A DNA stretch of 64,000 nt. Origin: Massalongia carnosa (Eukaryota). This document shows, in pieces, positions 12,374 through 26,429 of the stretch. Where the stretch lies: positions 2,542,001 to 2,606,000 of the forward strand of contig OZ287070.1 of the NCBI GenBank assembly GCA_965645245.1. Reading direction: 5' to 3'. The notes below the pieces were generated by a model, which was not told where the DNA came from, did not search any database, and saw nothing but the letters and a program-made list of their open reading frames with translations. Each line of letters starts with the position of its first letter. Positions within the stretch are counted from its first letter, which is position 1. Both the position numbers and the translations under genes were made by a program.

Positions 12374-13898
12374 GGCTCTACAATTATGACTGAGGCTCTC
12401 TCTGAGTGATATACCTAGGCGATGTTTATAGGATGTAATAAAAACACAAATGGCATCAAACGATGCAAATGGATGAGGGCTTTCGCTGCAAAGCCGTGAT
12501 TAATTAACTCCTGAAATCCCAACCCAACCCACGACAACTGAACCTCCCCTCCCTAGCTCAAACCTCAAACCCATAGCTCTCCTTTCTTGAATGTCGAGTA
12601 TCTCGATCTGAACGTTGACGAACTGAAAGTTGTTGAGTGCGCTTCATCGCTGGACAGTAGAGTAGATGTTGCTAGAACTAAAGATTTTAATGCTTTTCAT
12701 TCTCCTTCTAGAAGTCGATAGATTATGCCTCGATCACCACCACCGCTGTGTCCTTTCGTATGCCCAAACTCAAACTCTTTCAGTCGTAGCTCCATGAAGC
12801 TCTCTACATCCTTCAACCGCATAGCCGGGATATCTCATCTCCTCATATGCGGTATCTCGCTTCAGCTGCTCTTGATGGCACAATTCTTCTCTTACCGATT
12901 CCTCGTAGTCAAAAGGTAGTCAAAAAAGCAAGCCCTGATATTTGATATATCCACCAAGCAGCATCCTACAGATACCATCTTTCGTTGTATCTTCTCACTG
13001 AAAAAACTTAAGCGTGTCTTACTTGGACTGTGCTACATGATTCTTGATATGGTAGCTGTCGTTGTCGCTTCCATGAAAACAAAACATACAAGATCGCCAC
13101 TTCATGTGCCTCGCGTCAAGTCGCGCCGGATCAGACCGGCCACATGGCCAATGCATAGACTTGTGGGCTCGTGGAGGTAAGCGACCGAGTCTCCAATGTC
13201 CGTATGAGCTTCGAAAGCAGTAAAAAAATTGAGCTACGTAATACCCGTGCTCATGAAAAGCCAGGGATCTATTGGTAATTCAGAAACTCTACGGAGTAGT
13301 CCGTAGACGGAGAGGGTTTCCCAATGGTCAGTAAGATTCGCTTCGAAAGAGCACCTTCCCGCAATTGCCGGTCCGAAAATGCCGTCTCGCTAACTGACTA
13401 AGTAAACCACGCACGGTATAGTTATGACGCACTCCTGCATGCATAAAATCAACTCTACCTTAATGCACCTAATATCCCGTCTCCGGAGCGTCGACTTACC
13501 GATCCCTTGCATAACTCTCCCTCCCCCACCCACTCTTCGGGACATCCTAGCCGGAAAAGGAATCCTTTCGTCCGCCTGTTGAGGGGGTTTGGCGGAGGAA
13601 ATACAGAAGGAGGCAGGGGGGGAGGGGCAGGAAGGAAGGACCGAGTATAGTATATCACCGGAGGGACTTTGGTGTGCTTCATGCGTGGTTCGGTAAGAGG
13701 GGAAACCTTTGATGGCATGGCGTGGACGGGGCAGATCTGTCTTTGAGGAGATTTGTGCAGTACTTTATAGGTATTTCATGTAAGATTGGTTCGTTAAAAA
13801 AGTAGAAAGTACCAAACTTTGGTATGATCATGAAGATCTCGCTAGGTATTGATTGGATTAGAGGTTATTATTATTTATACGTGACACATCATCAAGTT

Positions 13899-15349
13899 TC
13901 ATGACGCGTGACCAGGCCCTCCTGTCGCCGGTGAGTGTAGAATCTCATCCGGGCCACTTTCACCCCCTCGCGCCATCCTGTTTGGCACATTGGTCGGAGA
14001 CGTATTATCCTGTCTTGTATCCACAGCGAGAGCACCGCCGCGGCTCGAGGGCGCTGCCTCGTCGTCGGTCGCGGAAGGAATTCTCTGCAGCTTCCCGCGG
14101 ATATTTGACTGATCCGAGAGCATATAGGGGCCGTCGCGAGAGCTATGGGAGAAGCGGCCGAGAAGTGAAGAGGGAAGGATTATGCGGAAGAGTGAGCGTA
14201 AGATAGGAAGACACGTGCACACAATGCCGATGCCGGATTCGATGTTGATCCACTGGTCCAGATCGACGACGGACCCTGCCAGGGGGGATGAGTGCTTGTT
14301 TTGGTGGATAAAACGATTGGATCTTGCTTACATGTTATGTCGCTGAAAACAAGTCTCTCAACAAACAATAGTCGTATCACACCGGCAATGCAGACACTAA
14401 GATTGAAAGTGAAGACTGTCAGCCAAAGATATAAGCGCATCAGCCATGGACACACGTACAAGCCACCGAGAGCAAAGGTTCCTATAAGGCCAAGTTTTTT
14501 TGGCAGATTCATATGAAGATTCCAAAGCCAGGGAATGGGCACTACCCACACAAAAATATCTGTGAAGATACTAGCAGCCGCTAAACTATACGTCTGCACT
14601 TGACCATTGATGCAATGCCCACCCGGGATGGATTTATCCCAGAAAAATCGGACAGGGGTGCAGTTAAAGGTCGTGACAGACAGTGTAGCAATACACCACA
14701 AGATAATGATGACACCCGTGACGATTCCAATCGTTGTGAATCGATGCGTTCGGAAGATGCGGTGGTAGAGAAACAAGAGTGAGAGTTTGGCGAAGGTGAT
14801 TGAGAGTGCAAATGCAAGTTGACCCACAAAGCTTTGCTGAAAATAGGATTTAAGCCATGGTCTGAGATTTCCCAAATATTGGAATTTACCTTGCTAAAGT
14901 GACTGAGCTCGCTTGGCGAAACCATCACCATATGTTTTCCAGCCCCAAACCGCACAGCTAAATGACAAAATAATGAGCTTTGAACCTCCTACTTTCGTGA
15001 TCATTCTCGGATTGGGCGTACCGTAGATTTGAGAAAAGTTAAGGACCGTATTGAAAACCTATCATATGTCAATATTTTCCTTGCTCTTTTTACCCATCTC
15101 CCCTTGTGCCAGACGAGAAGCAAGAAAGTAAGTAACAGTGAGATAGTAAGTTTTGAGGGGAAGGCCAAGTCGTCTTACCAGAGCGACTAGTATGAGCCAA
15201 TCATCCAGGCCCAATTTCGCAGCAGCCACCCTCCGAGAAATGAAGCGCAAAGCAACAGCAAGCCATACCAGCCCCAAGACGATTGAGAAAGAGGCAATGA
15301 GTTCTTTGCTTCGATTTTTATTGAGGGAAGGAACAAGATCCCCACACAT
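13899..15349 (-). CDS. PTH11-like (fungal rhodopsin-domain) integral membrane protein, multi-exon
   Basis: Motifs AVALRFISRR..LGLDDWLILVAL, FGAGKH, KLSLLFLYHRIF, CTPVRFFWDKSIPGGHC, DIFVWVVPIPWLWNLHM..KKLGL, CTCLP across GT-AG separated exons. Confidence 0.88.
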
Positions 15350-17626
15350 ATGTCGGAGAAAGGCCACGGTATCTGCAATAACCTTAGTCCTATATATGAC
15401 GGCATCACTCTACCGTCGTAGATGTCTTCGGAGTGAGGTTGTTTTTCATCTCAAGTCTTGAGTTGTGACGCACGAGCGCTCACCTTTTGCATCTAACGGG
15501 CTGCATGTCTTGGCTGTAGCTCCTTGGACGGCAGCGAGAAATGCGAAACCCTTCTGCGTACAGATGCATGCTAGATCCTGGCCGCACCTATCTTGAGCAA
15601 AACCGGCGAAGATTCCAAAAGTTGGGCCTTGCTATACATACGATGTATAATTAGATTGAAATCTACAATGCGATATTCTTCCACATACTCACAGCGCATT
15701 GGGGTAAATGGGCGAAGGGCCCGGCGGAGACACCAGGTGGAGGGCCCCCGGCACCTGGAGCTCCTCCTCCGAAACTCGGAGTTGCTCCTCCCCCAAAGGA
15801 GGACATAACATCTAGCGCTGCACTTCAATGGAATGCTGTGGGAAATATCGTAATGGGAAGTTCATTGGAGGCCGAGGTCACCGCAATCCGAATTGAAGTT
15901 GAAGAGACGTCCAAAAAAGCAAAGAATTGTCAAGGCGCCCCCGGGCCTTTTGAAAGGTGGGACGTGAACCCTTGGACGGCAAAGAGAATAACTCTAGCGC
16001 AAACTAAATTTATCATGCAGCAAAAGATTGACGGCAAGCTCTCAAATGTCCCTTGAAGACCCTGGATGGCCCCCGTACTTTTTTCTTTTTCCCCAATGAC
16101 GGCACACTAGCGCGTATTCGACGTGAAACCCACGCTATAATGAAGCATTGCCTTTCCCTTCTCATCCCTAACGGCGAAGGCAACGCATGGGTAATTCCTT
16201 GCGCGAGTCTAAGTACTCCGTACATCAAACACCATGGCTGCCAGCCATCCACTTAAGCTTCTGAAAGTCGTCAGATTGGGGAATTAAGGGACTTGCACCT
16301 GACTGCCGGAAAACCCATAGCTCGGTACTGTCTGCCGCAGAAGCCCTGATCTGGTTGACCCTTTCTTTGGTTTGATCCTCAGGAGTGCAGCAGACGCAAA
16401 GGAGTTGATGGCATCAACCCGTCGAGAATTGCGGATACGACCACTGAAATCATGTCAATGCCGACTCCAACCCAGTCCAGATTTATGCATCCAGAAGATG
16501 CTAGATGACGTTAACAAATACAGTCTAGCGTGAGGAATGGGACTGCTTCGAGTTAGCTTGCTAGCTAGTTAACTAGGAGAGGTTGGAGGCGTACTGGGTA
16601 CTGGGTACTCGGCACGTGCTCGGTACTACCCTCCCCGCACTCCGCTCCTGCGTCCCCCCTCCCGGAACACGAGTTCAGCGGACGAGAATGTTCTCGAATG
16701 AAAAGTCAAAAGAGACCACTAGATACTGAGCACAACAGTCGACAACCTTAATTTTCCCAATCAATCTTTTAAATGCCCAATGATACCCTTGGGTTCCCGA
16801 CACTCAAGACGAGTAGTCGAGTTAGCCTGAACCGCAGACATTTCAATAAGGCGTTACGGCGAGCTTCAGCCCACATAGAGCGAGAGTGAGGGATCCGAAA
16901 CACTTACTCTCAAGACACTAAGCTTTTATGAAGCAATTCCTTATTTTTTCTTGTTGTCCTAGTATATATTGATTGAACGTTGCTCATTCTCGTTCATGTT
17001 GCATTAATAGCTTTGTCCATCTTCATCCGGTCCGCGAGATCGAGGCTTAGATCCATTAGGAATTCATCGGTAATCTTGAGCGGGCAATAAATTCCGTTGA
17101 TTGCTACTTTTCTATTGATTGTAAGATGAGGCTCGAAGTTGTTCTTTCTGTTTCTTACTCTAAATAGGCCCGAAAACAGGAAGGTACAGGAAGGGACATC
17201 AGCACACTTGCTGAAATTGATGTTTTCCGTCCCCGCCCTATCTCTGCTTGACCATTTGAGATTGAGTGTGATGCACAATCAATTACAATGACTATGCTTG
17301 GACAGGTGCAGAGTACTAACGAAATGACAGATTAGTTCCCTTGCAGTGCTGCAGCTAAAATTGACGTGTTTGCTTGGTCCCTCAACTTTCGAATCAGGCT
17401 TCGTTCATTGACTGATTAGCAAGTTATGACTGTCATGGTCAGCTCGATCGTTCGTTGCTATATCCCAAGATCAGGCGAGGGGAGCAGCCACACACCCTTC
17501 TCTTACGAAAATGAACAGAATCTCGGTCAACTAGGCATTTTCTCTCGACTGAAGCAGAACCAGGAGAATAGCACAAATATCATCTTGTTCCTCTCTCTTC
17601 AATTTTTGGACCAAATCTGCTGCAAT

Positions 17627-19397
17627 ATGGACGGATATATTCTGATAACCTTTCTTGGAGTTTTCTCTGTTGTTGCAGCTAACGCGAATGTCGATCTTAG
17701 ATTGATACTGTTGAGTGGTAGCAACGCTTGGTCGCCTGCGACGGAGATATTCTTTCCTAGTGGTTCTGGTTTGTTCAATGATACGACAAGAAGATGGAAT
17801 ATTTACAATGCCCCAACCTACGCTGCCTCTATTATACCTGGGTCTGAAGTCGACGTTCAGAAAGTAATAAGTATCTCATTTCAAAAATCTAAACGCCACA
17901 CGGGATATACACAAATATAGAAGTTACGGTTATGTTGGCTTACTACATCTTTTATCTTTCAAGGTCGCTATTGCTCAAGCTTATCGCATTTCGTTTCTTG
18001 CAACTGGCGGTAAACATGGATACGGCATGACTTTTGGCGGGCTTGAAAATGGGCTCGAGATTGATCTTGGTCATTTTAAGTCTGGCCAAGTCGATGCGCA
18101 AGCCAATACGCTCACTATTGGAGGTTCTGTTACTTTTGCGGAAATCGTTGATCCTCTCTATAACGTTGGGAAGGAGATTCGTGAGCTACGTTTGAATACG
18201 TTCGGATGAATTTATGCGTAACTTTTATAGAAATCGCCTCTTGTCCTTGTGTTGGTATAATTGGCGCAACTCTCGGTGGTGGGGTAGGTCGATATCAAGG
18301 AATCCATGGCTTGATACTTGATGCTCTTATCTCGGTCCGTCTAGTGACAGCGAAGGGGGATATCATTATTGTGTCTGCCTCCGTACACTCCAATCTGTTC
18401 TGGGGCTTGCGTGGGGCTGGATTTAACTTTGAGATAATTCTTTCTGCAAAGTACAAAATCGCAGACCTTACTAATAAGGGTACCGTCATGAGTGCGGACC
18501 TTGTGTTTCCAGCAAGCATCAATGTTTCGTTTTTTCAAGCCACCTAGGGTTTTCAAAACAACATCCCACCCCAGCTCTCTCTATTTTCCTGTATTCTTTA
18601 CAACGAATCGACCGGGGAAGTGAGTTTTCATTCATACTATTTAGAATCTACCGAACTAACATGGCTTCTTCGCATTAGCCTTTCCTCGTCCTAAGTGCTG
18701 TCTACGCAGGCCCGCGATCGGAAGGTGAGAAGCTAATGAAACCATTCTCAGACCTGAATCCCCTTGCCAAAAATATCTCTATTATTCCTTGGAATCGCGT
18801 GTCAGACTCAGCAAGTTTTGGCTCTATTGCCGCGGCATGCCAAAAGGGTAAATTGATGAGCATATACTGGCTCGGCATCAAGACCTTTGACGAAGTCACT
18901 TTTGACTCCGTCTCCGAAAAACTTTCTAGATTCTATGACGCAATCCCCGCTGCTAGAGGGAGCGCGATCGGAATGAAATTCTTTGCCAATCAGGCTGTCC
19001 TGGCGGTTCCTGACGATGCGACCGCAAATTCATGGCGAGACATTCAGGCTCAAATGTACGTATACTTGCCCCGATGCCAACTAAGCTGTGGATCAATCTC
19101 CTTAGCCTACTCTTGCTGACAGGAACGGACAGTTTACTGCAATTTACATGGTCTGACCCTAAGTACGAGGACTCTGTCAACGCGTTCGCACGAAGTCTCC
19201 GCGCCGACCTCCAAACTACTTCCAGGTACAAGTCGCTTGAAGCCTATGTGAACTATGCACATAGCGACGAACCGCTGGCCTCGAGGTATGGGGCTAGGAA
19301 GCTAGAACGATTAGTTGGGTTGAAGAAGAAATGGGACCCTGAGAACTTTTTCGAATTTAATAATGCACTGGCTACTACACAGTCCATGATCCGATGA
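17627..19397 (+). pseudogene. Secreted FAD-binding (berberine-bridge-like) oxidoreductase with an in-frame stop
   Basis: Signal peptide, FLATGGKHG, CPCVGIIGATLGGGVG, NLFWGLRGAGFNF, YVNYAH..YG..KLERLVGLKKKWDP. TAG at 18545-18547 lies within an exon, and the frame continues after it. Confidence 0.8.
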
Positions 19398-21084
19398 TTT
19401 TCGTAACAGTTTCGCAGTATTTGGTTTCCGAACCAGATGTTAAATCAGCGTCATCGAGGATTTCTTTTGCTCGTTGCTTTTACCATTCAAATATTTCACC
19501 TTGAATAGCTAGATCCTAATGTTGCCTCCTCATCCATGACTTCTAGATTGTGAAATTTTTCTCTACCCATCTATTCCCTTCGCACTTCCAAATAGCCATA
19601 AAACCCCAGGAACGAATCCCCCAACCGAGAAAGCACATCGACGCTTCAGCTATACAGGGTTCCGCCAAAAACCAGTATCGTTCCACCCCCCCCCCGGGAT
19701 TCAAAAAAGTGGACGGACGGACGTAGCTAGCCCAGTCTGCTCAGAATATCCAGCAAAACATAACCACCCTCCTTCCCCTGCCACAGTCGGAGGTCTGAAG
19801 TCCCTTTCCCGAAGGATCGCTGCCTGGATCCGGACGTCGGGGTATGTAAATACGTACCTAGAAGACTAGGCCTGGGAAACTTGGCGAGGATTGCATATTA
19901 ACCAAAAAAAAAGAAAGGGAAGAAGTAGAAGTAGAAGAGAAATTAGTGGCACGACGGAGAATGGCAAGTTTTCTGCCGTGACGAGATTGTGGTGGTGGTG
20001 GTGATGGTGGTGTCTTAGATTGCAAGGAATATGGCTTGGGGACTGGTGGTGGGGAATAAAGCAGTTATCGATATTGCCACCGAAGATGGTCCGAGCCGTC
20101 GTAGTCATCCCCAACTGGACTCCCCGGCTATGCTTTCGCCATGTGGGTTGTGATTTAGGTAAATTTCATGAGGCTGAGGCTGAGGCTGGGGCTTTTGGCC
20201 TGGATCATCACATCAGCCTGCACCTCTACACAATCTATCTAAAGGTCGTTAGAGATCTACTGACCTGAGAGTTGCAAGGTTTCTGGCGCTGCTCGTATGT
20301 AGATCATCGGTGCCTTGGGAGGGGAGTCTGTAACTTACCTCGAGCTCACGATAGCAAATGACCTGAAAGAGCATCACGATAGAATTTTGTTTGATTTCTC
20401 ATGCGTTACATATTCTTATCTCGATAGGCAATGATCTAGATTAGGATAAATATCTGATACAGGGGACGACCATATCTTATCGTATCAAGGCTGTGCACGC
20501 AGATCAAGCGCATGGGGTAATTGTCAGGGGGTTGAAACACTCTGCCTGGACCCTCTTTCGCACCACCCCCCTCCGAAAGAGGTATTATGCATTTGTATTC
20601 TCTGGAAGGGAAAAGCGGACTGACCGGTTTTCAACGTGGCTTTGGGAAATTTTATGCAAGTGAGTTTCTAGATGTGATGGGTATGGATGCATATGAAGCA
20701 AATCTCTGGCAAAAAAGGCCAAAGCTTATATAAAGGAGTGTGTTACATAATACAACGAAGTGAGTGCAAATATTCTGACAAAGGAAATATCGTCTAATGG
20801 CAATAGCGTTTGTGGTTTGGAAATTGGCTTGAAAGGAATCACTTATGACACGCTGAGTGAACATGGAAAAAAGAAATAAAAAGACAGTTTAAAGACCCAT
20901 GAAAGAGAAACACAATTCAAACAAAAACCCATAAACCCCGACCACTCTTGAAAGCAAGAGGTTTGTATACTGAGGCCCAGTGTCGATGATGATCCCATAA
21001 CCTCGATCTATAAAAATGTGCTTCCGTCTGTACCTCCCAGACTTGACATGAACTTATCGGTGTTCTTGCTACCCTAAGCCAGGA

Positions 21085-21872
21085 TCAACGACAATCAGGT
21101 TGAACGATCGGCGGCTTGATAGGATTGTTGGGATTGTTTCGCACGCAGAAGTTTGGAACGCCAAAAATGTAGTCATCTTTAGCATCATCGAAGGCCTTGC
21201 CACAATTTGGATCACTAAAGACAAGAACTCCGTTAGCTTCAATGGCCAGCAGGAGCTGCGAAAGTTTAAGTGTGAGAGTTTGAGATCATACTCAGATCCG
21301 CCCTTGGCAGAATTGAACCATGAGCAAATATCATGGGTGAAACAGTCTTGGGTGCTATTGATATTCGCATAAGTATATTCCGTTTGTAAACTAATGACAG
21401 GTATGCTTGGAGGGACATACTAGGCATTCAAGTGTGCTCCGTTGGGCAGAAGTCCGTTGCAGCCAGGGCCACATCTGGAGTTAATCAACATACAAGGTAA
21501 TAAGACTCCATATGTGTTCTAGCTCACCGTCCATTGCAGCTATACCTAATCGTATGAATCATGGTTAGTACTAGTAATGTAATGATCAGAGACAACACAA
21601 GGAATCAAGAAGTACTCATTGCCATTCCCCCTAGGACCAAAGTTGCTACCAACAACTCCAGTCCATGTGCACGTCTGATGCAGCGCGTTGACCCATGTTG
21701 CTGTGGCTAGCTGGCCAGGACTGACACAGATGACGCTGCCGATTTCGCCAAACTTGTTAGACTTGTCAAGAGACTTATCGGTGGAAGCAACCGATTCGTT
21801 TCTCGGGTATAAAGGGGCCAAAGCAATAGTAGTTGCAGGCAGGATTTGTGAGAGTAGGAGGTAGAATCTCAT
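21085..21872 (-). CDS. Small secreted Cys-rich protein, about 173 aa, 5 exons including an 18-nt microexon (21528-21545)
   Basis: Exons 21872-21616, 21545-21528, 21474-21421, 21354-21292 and 21214-21085 join in frame by GT-AG: ...EYSCNGRCGPGC...AYTQDCFTHDICSWF...DPNCGKAFDDAKDDY...DCR*. Confidence 0.8.
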
Positions 21873-23972
21873 CGTGTTACACAGATATAGCGCTTGGTCT
21901 ACCGCGTTGAAATATATTATAAAAAAAACGTTCTGAATCGAAAGGATGTTCTGGAATTGACTGTCTTTGAAAGCCATAAGTCAAATGGAACGAGGCCCTT
22001 ATGTAAAGAACATATCATCATGCCGGCATTGATGATTACACAGCCCTGCTGTGTTCTCAACGATAGTCCGAACACTTAAAGTATGGGAAGTAGAAAGAGT
22101 ACATATTAACGACCACGTTTTGCCGCATGAAGCAGCACTGCGCATGAAGTAGCATTGATGCTCCAAATTCCGAAATTGCTACGGGTTGGGAGTTCACCTC
22201 TGAGTCTCCCTCGGATATGCAGCGAAGATTGTTAGTAAGGATTTCGCCCTCCGAAAATCTCAATAGAGTTTGTAAGTCACCCATCAAGAGATGATAAAGG
22301 TTCTTGAGGTTGTAAACGGCTCGAAAGTCTTCCAGAGATATAGAGGTCGAGAAGAATGCTAGAAAGTGGTTATTATATATGATGTCGGCAACATCATATT
22401 AATTCTAGAATTATTGAGATTATTAAAGAACGAAAGTGCACTAGATTACAAAAGTACTCTCAAGTTTGACTGCTTATGACTCTTGTCAACGATGGCTTAA
22501 CAGTACAATCAATCTTGAAAAAGATCGCCAGGAAATAACTGGCTGTGATGTTCATATGATGGAGAAAAAGACAAACCACATGATTGATCGGTACGAATTT
22601 CAATATCAAAGATGCAGACATCGGAAGAGGGAACCGATGAGATGGAAATGGAATCTTCTGGAATCGCTGGTGGACGTGCATAAATAGGAGCAGTTTCACC
22701 CTACGTAATGGTAGAAAAAGTCAATCGTTTCTTCCAGTTTGTTTTGCATGTGCAAGAACTCGTTTGTCGAACTAGTCATATCAATTGCCCAGTGCTACCA
22801 TTCCGCCTGTTGCAGTCACAGTTCCAACACTTCCAATGAATCCAACCACTCAAAAGTCGAGTAACGATTCCATTAACATGATCAGATCTATCATTTTCTC
22901 TGGACCGTTTTATTCCGTTTCCTAGTTTTCTCCGTATCAACGTTATCTTCACGTTTATCCACCTCCGTGCCCCCATTCATTAGGTAACGTGACAGCAGGT
23001 TGCAGCCCCACAAGTTCAGGGTGTAAGTTGAAACTGTTGATGTGTGAAGGGGTTTGTGCTTCTGCGCCCAAAAAGCTCATGTTTGTAGTTCCTGTCAATT
23101 TGATCAGTGCGGGAGAAAATTAGAATTACGAAGCTTTAAGAGAAGCCCACTGGAGGCAAACACAACGAAGTTTGGTGTTCTTGTAGGAATTGCAGATGGG
23201 TTAACAACAGAATGAAAGTAGCAATTTAAATAGCAGTAACTATCAATAATCGCTGCTACCTGAATCCAACCGTCTGATGCAGAAATCATCTTTGGTGTCT
23301 TGGGATACCGAAAATTGATTGTATAGGGAAGGCTTTCTGGAAGTTCTATTCAATGATGTGAAAAAGCTAACTGACTAACCCTACCAATAGCCACGTGACT
23401 TAGCACGACCCACCATAACTATGAGAAGGTTCTATGTCACGTGAGGCCCCTGAGTCAAAGTAAATTAAGAATCACCCTCTGAAAATTCTTTCCTCATCCA
23501 CTTCTTCTCACTCGGCCTCATCCATCTCACTGACTCGTCGTCGACCCCACGTTGTCTCGGTGCCCCTACCTCGCTGTCAGTGCTTGCTGCTTTTCCCCAC
23601 CCTCGGCCACCCGAGATTCATAGCTAGTTAGAAGCCACCTTAAGTGAGCGATGGGCGTACAGGTCAACCAGGGCATCGATCCGGAGCGCCGCCGGGCACC
23701 TCCATCTAGATCATCGCCGTCGGGCACTGCCGTCGGACATCATCTATCGGATCGTTGAGCGTCAGCAGACGCCTCGGGCCTAGAAGATGAGGTTCTCACC
23801 TCAGCACCGACCCCGAGTCACGTGCCTAGGCCTGCCCGGGCTGACCTGTGTCGTTCCCATGCCCAATCAAATTCAAGCATTCAAATCAATTCATCCAATT
23901 AAAAGCCCCCCCCAGCGCAAGCGAAGGTAACGGCACCGATAAGGGTCATAGAATGATTACTGAATACTTCAC

Positions 23973-25528
23973 TTGTCAGGCGGCAAGAACCCATTATACA
24001 TATCTGATAACTTTCTTACTGACCTTTCACTTATACATAATCTTCCTCGTTCAACCAATCCTTCGAGCTCGTCTAACTGTCCTACCATAACCCTGCTTAA
24101 TATGGATAATCTTCCTATCAGCCTATACGAGGTTCTCAATGTTTTTGCCAAGCTTAAAGTAAAAATTCCAGTCGACGCGAGTCCTTGTCTAGTGCCCTTT
24201 GTGGGAAAACATTTAGGGCTTCTTAATGGAATAGCTTTGCTTCTTGTTACAGAGGCGAGCTCAGATGTCGCTGCAGTCACAATCACCAATCACTCGAATG
24301 CTGGTAAGATTAAGACGATCTTTCATCTAGTCAAGAATCGAGTATGCAATAACGGCGAGGAATCGTACTATGCCATGTTCATGACTATTATCAATGAGTC
24401 GAATTTAGAGAACATGTTGTCCGAGCTTGTCAACTTGGTTCTGAAGAATTGTCGATCAAAGATTATGAGCAGAGCTATAAAAATCGAACAAGTCGTCAAA
24501 GACCGCAAGAAGAGCTACGTGGAGCCCGAGAGTTCTGACGAATCAACTAGAGAGGCCATTGTCAAATTTAGAGGTTGGTATCTTCATGAGAGTGCGAAAG
24601 ACAAACCGTGGCCTGAATTTCTTGATCACTGGCTGGAGAATAGTATGAAGCCTCAAATGTTTGCTCCGAGCTCCGAGCTCATAATTGGCCACCGCACGCT
24701 ACGGGAGGTTTATAGTTCACTAGGTCAGATGAGCTTCTCAAGGCCGTGTTCTCGCCTAGATTGAGAAGACGCTTGAAGAAGCTGGCCGCATACTATCAAG
24801 CCTTGAGGACAATCGTGAGACTTGTGCGTCGTGAGAGACAGAAGAGAGAATTCGAACTGGATATTGTGAGTAAAAGAAATGTCCCGGCCTCAAACTTGAT
24901 AGTAACAACCTTGTACAAGCTTCATCCACCAGAACGCATTCATTTATCACCAATCGATTCCCCCCTCAGCCTTATAAATCGCAGCGGAGCAGCAATGCAG
25001 CATCCTCTGGATCCATTTTCTCTGAAGGATCTTAAAAGCGTTGCACCAGGGATCAGAGAGGAAGACATTACGACGGGCCGCGATACGACGAGCCGTATTA
25101 CAACGAATTCAGACGAGGGTAAGGCGTTCGTACATTGCGAATGTGCGCTTGCGATAGCCATGAAGGATCGGATTCTAGGCACAATGGAGATAGGGATTTC
25201 GAAAGATTGTTGTTGGCCTTGCCTAGAATTTCTTGCTAGGTACTCCAAGAAGCGCGGCAAGATTGTGATGTCCGCGACCCACGGGAAGACATATCACAGC
25301 TGGCTGTTTCCAGCAACTGTGCCGTTGGAGATTCATGATGAGATGGAAAAAAGCGCGCAACAGGAATTCTCGAGGTGGCTCCTTGCCTTAAACAATAGAA
25401 GAACCTCAGACTCGCACGCGGACAGCTCGGACATTGGAGAGAGCTCCGAGCCAGAAGGGGACCATAGTTACAAGATATTGGGGGAATCTTTAAAGAACAC
25501 TTACAACCCTCGAGAATCAATATCGTAA
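23973..25528 (+). CDS. OTT_1508-like nucleic-acid deaminase domain protein (probable frameshift near 24715)
   Basis: Zinc-deaminase signature VHCE...IGISKDCCWPC, plus HGKTYHSWLFP and N-terminal LNGIALLLVT...DVAAV. Two overlapping ORFs; true start uncertain. Confidence 0.75.
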
Positions 25529-26429
25529 TCTTGATTCGAATCGCTAATCCTTAGCTCATGCATCTACCACACGCTTATCATCAAAACCTCTTTACTCAGG
25601 CATTAGATGAATGATATGAACACGAACAGCCCTCAGCCATTCAGCCCGCTATAAGAGCCTCCACTCCCGCCGCATGATTCTCTTCATCGCTTACCATCGT
25701 CATCTACCTAAAGACATATGTCTTCATCCCTCACAACAACCTTCTGCCCGCCTCACAACCTGGTCCAGAACATCCTTCAAATCCTCAACCGAGAAGGATA
25801 GGTGCAATTTGCGCTCGTCTCACCCATTGATCTCTCCACAAAACACCATCTCGGTCGGTCCTGGCCCTTGTTTTGCCTCTGACACCAAAACAATCCCTCA
25901 AATCTATTTGACAAATCTGTATAACATACACACACTTCTGCGGCTACTTCCACTGGAACCTGCTAATTTGAAGTATTACTGCAAGGCAAGGCGCAAGAAC
26001 AACTTAATCTTATGAGCATCAAAGAAATAATTTCAGCAGTGTATTTGTAGTCTTAGCTGAGTAACTTATGTTAACCTAACTAGGTTGTGATCGGACAGTT
26101 GATGGCTACGATTACTAGATTAAGCTAGGTTGCATTCGTAGGGGTTTACCTTAAAGACTGTGATGGTATTTTGACATGATCTTAATTATCCAGAAATATG
26201 TTCGTCAAAATGAGTACATCAAATCGTTCTCGGTTTGTATGTATTTATGAGCGATTTTTAATTGAAATGACTCAATATTGACTTGCGCGCGCAAGATATG
26301 TCATCGCACTTCGTGAAAGTCAGCCCCTCGAGCTCCGACTGACTCAGCGGTCTCTGAAACCGATTCTGCACATGTCGTAGCTCCCTGAACAACCTCAGTG
26401 TGCGTAGAGCAAGCTGAACACCTCCTAGA

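Noticed and set aside
19866..20268. Short ORFs with poly-His/Trp runs
   Set aside because: Explained by a (TGG)n microsatellite in intergenic DNA.
22057..22976. Short ORFs possibly from a decayed gene
   Set aside because: No recognisable motifs or consistent exon structure.
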